Below, piece after piece: positions 56,971-64,000 of a stretch of 64,000 nucleotides of DNA; positions within the stretch are counted from its first letter, which is position 1; every line of letters starts with the position of its first letter. The stretch spans positions 27,664-91,663 of the forward strand of contig JAKFBU010000028.1 of assembly GCA_036676985.1 (NCBI GenBank). Reading direction: 5' to 3'. Source of the stretch: Candidatus Sericytochromatia bacterium (GTDB taxonomy: Bacteria; Cyanobacteriota; Sericytochromatia; S15B-MN24; UBA4093). Made by a program: the position numbers and the translations under genes. Under the pieces are notes generated by a model. That model was given only the letters and a program-made list of their open reading frames with translations. It ran no database searches and was not told where the DNA came from.

Positions 56971-57996
56971 CTAGTCGAAGCTCAGGAACTGAGCCTCGCA
57001 GAAGTCCAGCAGCTCCTCGAAGCCCACCTGGAGCTCGCTCGACAGCTCGGCATCCCCGATGCCCGCCAGGCACTCGGCCTCGAACCGCAACCGCAGGTAG
57101 GCCACCACGTTCGCGAACTCGTCCGCATCCAGGTGCAGGACCTCGCAGATGAAGTGCCGGAGCTTCGCCTTCAGCTCGACGTCCTCGCACCCCTCGAGCC
57201 AGGTCTCGATCTGGACCGACAGGCCGGTGTAGAGGCACTCGGCGAGCTTCAGCCGCAGCAGCTGCCGGACCTCGACGTCCTCCACGAGCTCCAGGTTGTC
57301 GAAGCAGTACCGGGCGAGCGCGAGGCGTGCCTCGAGATCCAGGCCCGTGTCGAGCAGGGCCGCGAACTGCTCGTGCAGCCGGGCTTCGACCTCCTCTTCG
57401 CAGACGATGCCGGCGAAGAGCTCGTCGAGGTCCTCGAGCGTGACGCACACGTCGAGGCAAGCCGGACGGGCCTCGATGTGGGTCACGCAGCGGTAATCGA
57501 TCATGGCCTCGCTCGAGAAGCGCAGCACCCGGACCTGGCTCGTGGCGCCGGCCGCCAGGTGCCCGAAGTAGATATAGGCCTTGCCGTTCACGGTGGCGTC
57601 GGGATTCGCGAGGCTCACGCCCTCCGTGAGCGCATCGATCACGAGGACGGCATGCTCGAGATCGCCGCCGTTGTTGGTGACCGTCACCTCGGTGCTGATC
57701 TCGCCGGTTTGCTCGTTCCAGACCTTGGGCGAGCAGTTGATCGTGAGGTTCAGGTTCCCGTGGATGTAGGTGCCCGTCTCGCCGACGTTGGGCGGGCTCA
57801 CGTACGTGCTGCCGTTCTCGAGGGTCGAGGCGCCGCTGACCAGTGTGCTCTCGATGATCGTGGCGGGCGCCGGGGCGGTGGCGGCCGGCTTGGTCACCAC
57901 GGGGGCCGAGGTCTGGGGCGCGCTACAGGCCGACAGGATCAGGAGGCTTCCGGCCGCCATCACGGCGGCGCCGAAGCGCCGGGTGTTCCGATGCAT
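56971..57996 (-). CDS. Hypothetical lipoprotein with acidic Cys-rich helical C-terminus
   Basis: LSAC lipobox; about 11 further Cys in a mostly E/L-rich region; GAGGAG RBS. Confidence 0.75.
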   Translation of the reverse strand: MHRNTRRFGAAVMAAGSLLILSACSAPQTSAPVVTKPAATAPAPATIIESTLVSGASTLENGSTYVSPPNVGETGTYIHGNLNLTINCSPKVWNEQTGEISTEVTVTNNGGDLEHAVLVIDALTEGVSLANPDATVNGKAYIYFGHLAAGATSQVRVLRFSSEAMIDYRCVTHIEARPACLDVCVTLEDLDELFAGIVCEEEVEARLHEQFAALLDTGLDLEARLALARYCFDNLELVEDVEVRQLLRLKLAECLYTGLSVQIETWLEGCEDVELKAKLRHFICEVLHLDADEFANVVAYLRLRFEAECLAGIGDAELSSELQVGFEELLDFCEAQFLSFD

Positions 57997-58354
57997 GATC
58001 GGTCTCCTCTCACTTTTTCCAGCAACGGGGGATTAAAAGTCTCGCTTGAGCGTGTTTTGGTTATAACCCTTCGTTGGCTGAAGTCCTACGGAGGCTTGGA
58101 CCGAAAACCGGGCTTATGAGGAAGCAGTTTGGCTCATATGTGCGAACGTTTCCGTTCGCAGCGGGTCAAGCGCCGTCATGTTAAGCCGTTGCGATAGCCG
58201 GCGGCCGCTTTCTTTCGGCGACGCGCCATGGCCTCGACGAGGGAACGATCCGGCGCTGGATAGCGCAAGTGTTGTCTTGGGACGGAGGGATCGCTCATGA
58301 GCCGACCCCCGCCTCCAGGAGAGGCGGGGGTCGTGAAGCGGGACGTTTAGCCGA

Positions 58355-59419
58355 TTAGAAGCCCAGGATCTCCTTGGCCCGGTTCAGGTTGCGGATGAAC
58401 TCGGGGGGGATGTCGGGGTTGCGGTCGGGATGGTAGGCCTTGGTGAGCATGCGGTAGGTCGTTCGCAGCTGATCGGGCGTCGCGTTCGGCGTCGCGTGCA
58501 TGAGGGCGAGCGCCCACTCCTTGTCGGGGTTGGGACCCTGGCCCTTGACCGTGAAGCCGAACATGGAGCGGCCGCTGGCCGCGTCGCGCCGGCCTTCCTC
58601 CCAGCCGTCGCGCCGCCCACGGTCGTAGGCGTTCATGACGTCGGAAGCCGCCTCGGACTTGCCTTCCTTGTAGCCCTGCTCGAAGGCCTGCTTGAGTTCC
58701 ACCTGGAGCTCGGCCCGGCCCATCTGACGACCGCGATCGTAGGCGGTCTTGGCCTCGGCGCTGCCCGCCGCGAAGCCTTCCTGGCGCCCGCGCTCGTAGG
58801 CCTCGTTCAGGTTGCCGGACTGGGCGCGGCCCTCCTGCAGGCCCCGCTCGTAGGCCTCCTGGAGCGCCGTGATCTCGGTGGCCACGTCGCGGCCGTCCTT
58901 GACGCCCCGCTCGTAGGCCTGGTTGAGGTCCTCGCTGAACTCGTTGCGTCCGGCCTCGCGGCCCTCGGCGAACGCCCGGGCGATGCGCTCCTCGGCATCC
59001 TCGGCGGGCGGCAGCTGCCGGATTTCCGCGAGCGCCTCCTCGCGGCCGCGATCGTAGGCCGTCTGGGAGTCCTGGCCGGCCTGGGACAGGAGGGCCCGCA
59101 GGTCATGGACGATCCCCTCGAGGGTGACTCGACGCTCAGTGATCTCGCCTTCGGTCTCGGAGCCCGCGACGGGCGTCAGGAAGCCGACCCGCAGCTGCTG
59201 GAGCTGCTCGGTCCGGCGCCGGACGCGCTCGGCCTCGGCCGCGCTGATGGCAGCCTTCCAGTCCGACTCCTTGCTCAGGGTCGAACGGGGGATGTCGCAG
59301 CGACGGGCGATTTCCATCATGGAGATGGGGGTCGTCCCCTCTGCCAAGAGGTCGGTAATAGCCGCCTGGATCTGCTCCCAGCGCAGCTCGCGGGTGGCCG
59401 ATCGGACTTGTTCGCTCAT
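58355..59419 (-). CDS. HTH - AYxRGxxEG repeats - J-domain protein
   Basis: ISMMEIARRCDIPRSTL (HTH); 8 A[YF]xxGxxxG-type repeats; YRMLTKAYHPDRN J-domain. Confidence 0.85.
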   Translation of the reverse strand: MSEQVRSATRELRWEQIQAAITDLLAEGTTPISMMEIARRCDIPRSTLSKESDWKAAISAAEAERVRRRTEQLQQLRVGFLTPVAGSETEGEITERRVTLEGIVHDLRALLSQAGQDSQTAYDRGREEALAEIRQLPPAEDAEERIARAFAEGREAGRNEFSEDLNQAYERGVKDGRDVATEITALQEAYERGLQEGRAQSGNLNEAYERGRQEGFAAGSAEAKTAYDRGRQMGRAELQVELKQAFEQGYKEGKSEAASDVMNAYDRGRRDGWEEGRRDAASGRSMFGFTVKGQGPNPDKEWALALMHATPNATPDQLRTTYRMLTKAYHPDRNPDIPPEFIRNLNRAKEILGF

Positions 59420-59548
59420 GTGAGAGATCGCCTCCGGTGAGGATGGATACCAACATCCCCAGTTTAGCGCGTCGCCGGCCGCCAAACCGTAACGGACGCC
59501 ACAGCTTCGAGCAAAAGGCCCGTCCAAAACAGACGGGCCTCGGGGGTC

Positions 59549-61132
59549 TTAGGCGAGCGTGTCGCTGATCTGACTTTGCGGCGACTGGCTTTGCGGCACG
59601 GTGTCGATCAGCTCGGGCTGTGTCGGGGGCTTGGCCTGGGGTTCGCTCGCGTTGACGGCCTCGGCGCCCATCGGCTGAACCTCGGCCTCCAGGGGCTTGG
59701 CGGTGTCCGGGACCTGGCGGGTCAGCCAGGGGATCATCCGGGACTCTTCCCAGCTCATGCTGCCGCTCGACAGCTCCTTGACCAGGTGGTTGCGGACGCC
59801 GGCATCCAGTTCCTTGAGCCACTTGCTCTCGAGGGTGGGAGGGGGCGGATCCACGTAGCCGTTGGCCCTGAGGAGGGCGCGCGCGGCGTCGTCGTCCATG
59901 CCCTTGTAGAAGCCCTTCTTCTCCTCGTAGACCCCGTGGGCCATGAAGAGCTTGGCCATCTCCACGCCGGGGGCGCGATCGCCCATCTGGTTGAAGAGAT
60001 CGTCGATCTGCTTCTTGCCCTTGACCACGTCCAGGGTCTCGGTGAGCTGCTTCTGCGAGCCGGCCGTCTTGAGCACGTCGAGGGCCGCCCGCTTGGCCTT
60101 GTCGTTCATGGAGCCGCCGCCGACCAGGCTCACGACGTCGTCGCCGCGCCGACCGAGCAGGTGGCTCAGGAGGCGGGCTTTCTGGGCCGGGGTGGCGGCC
60201 TCGACCACCTCGGGCTGGCTCTGTACCAGGGCGGTCACCGCGGCCGATCGGCTCGGCTGGGGCACGGGCTCGCCGGTGCGGGGATCGCGGGGGGCGGGCG
60301 CCTCGAGCTTGTCGAGGTAGGCGTCCAGATCCTTGCGGCGCTTGGCGATCGCCGGATCCTCCTTGGGCTTGGGCTCCTCGGGCTTCGGCTTGGGGAAGTA
60401 GGCGTCGTAGAGCTTCTGCATGTCGCCGACCATGCCCTCGAAGCGCTTGCGCTCGGGGTCGCTCTCCGGGATCTGGCCGAGCGCCGACTTGGCGTCGCCC
60501 ATGAGCTGGTCGGCCTTGGCGCGATCGCGGCCGTGGGTCGCCGCGAGCTCGCCGCCGAGCGTCGCGATGGACTCCTTGGCCTTGGCGATCGCCTTCTCCT
60601 GGGCCGTGGGCTTGGGAGCCTCGGGCGTGGTCAGGGCGGCGATGGCCGTGCGCAGCTTGTCGACCTTGGCCTCGTACTTGGCGCGGTCGGGATCGTTGGC
60701 GGGGATGTTCTTGAGGGCCTGTTCGGCCTTCACGAGCGCCGCCTTGAGCTTCTCGGTCTCGACGGCGATCTGGTCCACGCTGGTGTCGATCACCTTCTTG
60801 GCATGGGCGACCTTGGCCTTCTGGAGATCGGCCTTGTCGTTCGACACGGGCGGCTTGAGGCGGATCTTGTCGCCGGGGTACACCCAGTGACCGTCCTTGG
60901 AGCGCTTGCGGCCCTGCTTGTCGGCCTGATCGGTGAAGATGTGGGGGTTCCAGGCCTGGAAGCTCTTCCAGGGAACCTGGAAGCGCTTGGCGATCCCCTC
61001 GGCGGTCTCGCCCGGTCGGACGACGTGGCGACCGTCGGCGGAGTCCAGGCCGTCCGAGATGATGTCGCTGACCTGCTTTCTCGGTTGCTTGGGCGCGGGG
61101 GCCGACCCCTGCTGAACGCCATCGATGCTCAT
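59549..61132 (-). CDS. LysM domain protein with helical/coiled-coil body
   Basis: HVVRPGETAEGIAKRF..WNP...VYPGDKIRL; AGGAGGA RBS; no signal peptide. Confidence 0.8.
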   Translation of the reverse strand: MSIDGVQQGSAPAPKQPRKQVSDIISDGLDSADGRHVVRPGETAEGIAKRFQVPWKSFQAWNPHIFTDQADKQGRKRSKDGHWVYPGDKIRLKPPVSNDKADLQKAKVAHAKKVIDTSVDQIAVETEKLKAALVKAEQALKNIPANDPDRAKYEAKVDKLRTAIAALTTPEAPKPTAQEKAIAKAKESIATLGGELAATHGRDRAKADQLMGDAKSALGQIPESDPERKRFEGMVGDMQKLYDAYFPKPKPEEPKPKEDPAIAKRRKDLDAYLDKLEAPAPRDPRTGEPVPQPSRSAAVTALVQSQPEVVEAATPAQKARLLSHLLGRRGDDVVSLVGGGSMNDKAKRAALDVLKTAGSQKQLTETLDVVKGKKQIDDLFNQMGDRAPGVEMAKLFMAHGVYEEKKGFYKGMDDDAARALLRANGYVDPPPPTLESKWLKELDAGVRNHLVKELSSGSMSWEESRMIPWLTRQVPDTAKPLEAEVQPMGAEAVNASEPQAKPPTQPELIDTVPQSQSPQSQISDTLA

Positions 61133-61301
61133 CACGGTCCTCCTAGACGACTCTCGGGCATCGACGAAGCCTGGCGGTGCACCCGTGGCCGCTACCGGCG
61201 GCAATGACACCGCGACGTCGACGCTCTAACCCTAGTCTGGTTATACCCGGGTGGTGCAACCTTTCACGTTAAGAAACGGTTGTTTGCTCGTAAGGAGGAG
61301 G

Positions 61302-62270
61302 TCAAGGCGCGGTCACGGTGACGGAGGCCGTGCTAAGGAGGGCCCCAGTGCGGACCCGCAGGAGGGCCGATCCGGTGGAGAGGGCCGTCAGGACGGTCAC
61401 GGAGCCGGTGGCGACCGAGAACGAGGCGCTCGCCGCCTGCTCCGGCTGGTTGAGGTCCAGGGGGACGAGCGACCATTCCAGGTACGGCTCGGCCAAGGCA
61501 CCGGCCGAGCTGCTGGCCGTGACGCCCAGCCCCACGGTCGCTCCGACCACCAGGGCGTAGTGGGCGGCTCCGAGGGGCGAGAGCTCCCGGATCACCGTGA
61601 AGGGGGCCGAAGGTGCGCTCGCGATGCCATCCGCATGCACGACGATGGGGCCGCTCTCGAAGCCGGAGGGCACGATGGCCGAGAGGTGCTCGTCGTCCGT
61701 CCGGTAGACGGCGGAGGCCGGGATCCCGCCGAACGTCACCTGGATGGGGACGTTGCGGCTCTGCCCGAAGTGGGTTCCTGTCAGGGCGACGAGCGCCCCG
61801 ACGCCGCCGTTCGGGGCGTGGTCGGCGAGGGTGGGCAAGAAGGCGGGGACCAGGTGGATCGCAAGCGGCGTCCGCTCGTTGACCCGGATGGCGGTCACGG
61901 CCTCTCCAGAGGCTACCAGGAGCGCATCCTGGTAGCCGTTTACCTTGACCCGCAGGCCGTCACCAGCCGGCACGGGCAGCAGCGTCTGGGTGGTGGTCGA
62001 TCCGGTGGGCTGCGGGATGCTCGTCTCGGCCACCAGGGCGCCCGCGGCGTCCTCGATGTGCACGTCGATGCGGTTGGTGCTGTAGGGGATGAGCTGTACC
62101 TGTCGGGGCCAGCGGATGGTGACGGAAAGCTGGCCCATGGCCTTGGGCGACGTCTGCTCCGCACCGGCCGCGGACGGGGCCGGCGGAGGCAGCGAGGGGC
62201 CCGGGGCGGACATGCACGCCCCGAGCCCCACGGCGACGAGGATCAGGCTGGCGAGTCGCGTGCGGTCCAT
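61302..62270 (-). CDS. Lipoprotein with IPT/TIG domain
   Basis: LGAC lipobox; VALTGTHFG, VTFGG and IVP..FESGPIVV. Confidence 0.8.
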   Translation of the reverse strand: MDRTRLASLILVAVGLGACMSAPGPSLPPPAPSAAGAEQTSPKAMGQLSVTIRWPRQVQLIPYSTNRIDVHIEDAAGALVAETSIPQPTGSTTTQTLLPVPAGDGLRVKVNGYQDALLVASGEAVTAIRVNERTPLAIHLVPAFLPTLADHAPNGGVGALVALTGTHFGQSRNVPIQVTFGGIPASAVYRTDDEHLSAIVPSGFESGPIVVHADGIASAPSAPFTVIRELSPLGAAHYALVVGATVGLGVTASSSAGALAEPYLEWSLVPLDLNQPEQAASASFSVATGSVTVLTALSTGSALLRVRTGALLSTASVTVTAP

Positions 62271-62278
62271 GGGGGCTC

Positions 62279-62914
62279 CTACTGGATGACCAGGTCGAGC
62301 AGTCCGTTCCGCTCGACGGTGATGACGGCCGAGGCGGCCCGGGCGGGGTCCTGCGCGGAGGTGGCGGTCACGACGGCGGTGCCGGTGGCGACCGCCGAGA
62401 CGAGCCCGTCGCGGGAGATCGTCACGATCCCGCTGTCCGCGCTCCACTCCACCTGCGTGCTGGTCGCCCCGTTCGCGAGCCGGACCAAGGCCGAGAGCTG
62501 GACGCTGGTGGGCAGGCCTGCCTCCTCGGAGGGATCGGCGGCCGGCAGGTTGATCGTGGCCAGTGCGGGGCTCACGACCACCGCCTCGACGACGGCCGGT
62601 ACGGGCGTCGGTCGCGGGGTCGGCGTCGGCCGCACGGTGGCATGCGGATCGGGACTGCCCAGTTCCGTCTCGCCGACGAGCGAGGCAGGAGTGGGGGTCG
62701 GTGCGGGGGTCGGGGTGGGCGTCGCCTCGGGAGCGAACGAGGTCTGGGAAGACGATCCTGACGGCGTGGGAGCCGCAGTGGCGCTCGCCTGGGCGACGGG
62801 ACGGCGGTTATCCCGGACGGAGATGCCGTCGTCGTCGGTACAGGCCCCGAGGCCCCCCATGAGGGCCAGGAGCAAGGGGAGCAGGGCGAGGCGCCGCACG
62901 CTAGAAGGTCGCAT
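62279..62914 (-). CDS. Lipoprotein with Big_2-like Ig domain
   Basis: LGAC lipobox; PT-rich linker; VEWS..DGLVSAVATGTAVVTATS. Confidence 0.78.
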   Translation of the reverse strand: MRPSSVRRLALLPLLLALMGGLGACTDDDGISVRDNRRPVAQASATAAPTPSGSSSQTSFAPEATPTPTPAPTPTPASLVGETELGSPDPHATVRPTPTPRPTPVPAVVEAVVVSPALATINLPAADPSEEAGLPTSVQLSALVRLANGATSTQVEWSADSGIVTISRDGLVSAVATGTAVVTATSAQDPARAASAVITVERNGLLDLVIQ

Positions 62915-64000
62915 TGTAGACCCGTCCGGCCGTGGCCGTGGTCGGCAGCGCCCCGCCGAGCGTGCGGTAGAAAACCTTGATGGTGCCGCCGTTGGTCGTG
63001 CTGGAGCCGCCGTTGCCGCCGTTGCCGCCGCGGTAGCCGGAGCAGGTGCCCACCGCCGTGGCCCCGGCCGAACCGTTGGCACCCCCGCGGACGTCCAGCG
63101 TTCCGTTGTTGGTGAAGTTGGTGGCCCGGACGAGGAGGGTGCCGCCCGCGCCACCGCCGCCGCCGCCGCCGCCCGGGCTGTTGTTGGCGCCGCCCGCGCC
63201 GCCTGCCGCCCCGACGGCGATGAGCCGCCCGGTGGCCCCGATGGTCAGGGTGGTGGCCTCGAGCAGGATGGCACCGCCGCCCGCCCCGCCGCCGCCGCCC
63301 GCGGTGTGCTCGTGCGTCAGGGCCGGGTTGTGGCCCGCATTGCCGCCCGCGCCCCCCGAGCCCAGGATCCAGCTGGCGTCGACGGTGTTGTCGGGGGCCG
63401 GCTTGTAGCGGCCGGACTGCCCGCCCTGGCTGTTGTAGGCCATGGCGAGGGAGCCCGGCGCCCAGCCGAGGCCGGTCGATACGCCGCCGACCATCCCGCC
63501 GCCGGTGCCACCCGCACCGCCGCCGCCAAGCCCCAGGCTGCCGCCCGCACCGCCGCCGCCTGCGCCGTATCCGGCTCCGCCGGTGCCGCCGGAGTTGTCG
63601 AACGAGTAGCCGAGGCCACCGCCGTAGGGGGGCACGCCGCCCGTCACCGTCGTGCCGCTCGTACAGCCGCCGTAGTTGCCGTTCGCGCCGGCGCCGCCGC
63701 CTGCGGTCGTCACGTCGTTGCCGGCCGAGCCGCTCGCGGCGGGCGCGGCGTCCGCGTCGGCCCCGCCGCCGCCGGCTCCGCCGAAGTAGCCGCCGCGACC
63801 GCCCGCGGTGCCGTTGGCGTTCAGCGAGCCGCCGCCGCCCGCTCCGCCGTAGCCCTGGCCGCCGGTGTGTCCGCCGCTGCCGGAGAGGCCGCCGACGCCG
63901 CCGTGCCCGCAGTAGACGCTGCCCGAGGCCGAGGTGCCGGGGCCGCCGCCGTAGCCGCGGCCCGCCGCGTCGAGGGTGCCGTTGAGGGTGATGGTGTTGG
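62901..64000 (-). CDS. Glycine-rich surface protein, C-terminal part (runs off the window)
   Basis: Frame open to the window edge; GGGGGAGGGAILL and GGGGGAGGTLLV repeats. Confidence 0.75.
   Translation of the reverse strand, partial: NTITLNGTLDAAGRGYGGGPGTSASGSVYCGHGGVGGLSGSGGHTGGQGYGGAGGGGSLNANGTAGGRGGYFGGAGGGGADADAAPAASGSAGNDVTTAGGGAGANGNYGGCTSGTTVTGGVPPYGGGLGYSFDNSGGTGGAGYGAGGGGAGGSLGLGGGGAGGTGGGMVGGVSTGLGWAPGSLAMAYNSQGGQSGRYKPAPDNTVDASWILGSGGAGGNAGHNPALTHEHTAGGGGGAGGGAILLEATTLTIGATGRLIAVGAAGGAGGANNSPGGGGGGGGAGGTLLVRATNFTNNGTLDVRGGANGSAGATAVGTCSGYRGGNGGNGGSSTTNGGTIKVFYRTLGGALPTTATAGRVYNATF

Noticed and set aside
58141-58160. LexA SOS box
   Set aside because: CGAAC and GTTCG are spaced by 6 nt, not the 4 nt of the Gram-positive box

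Overview
A gene-dense, high-GC (roughly 69% by eye) bacterial chromosomal window with about 60 protein-coding genes. I found no rRNA, tRNA, CRISPR array, transposase or prophage. Housekeeping genes (mltA-like, RpoD-family sigma, nadE, pepA, mnmA, rsgA, pseudouridine synthase, plsB-like acyltransferase, gpsA, copZ-like, herA/nurA) are interspersed with many orphan lipoproteins, signal-peptide-less low-complexity proteins, Hanks kinases and c-di-GMP enzymes. The lipoprotein style suggests a non-photosynthetic Cyanobacteriota relative such as Ca. Sericytochromatia; this is an unverified inference. Best leads: (1) two diverging Tyr-rich lipoprotein paralogs that share an upstream dyad, a leader domain and a terminator stem and bracket a patatin-nurA / HAS-barrel-herA block; (2) a short [YFWR]-x-[VIT]-[QLF]-x motif shared by seven lipoproteins of six unrelated types, sometimes after tandem peptide repeats, possibly a lineage-specific processing or sorting signal; (3) a stand-alone FrpC-like Asp-Pro self-processing module; (4) a membrane kinase next to a NERD-nuclease/pseudokinase; (5) a papain-fold protease coupled to a PRTase/beta-propeller fusion; (6) at least two REP-like repeat families, one amplified as a 3x76-bp array and one apparently translated inside a signal peptide. 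All family assignments come from motif recognition by eye; no searches were run.
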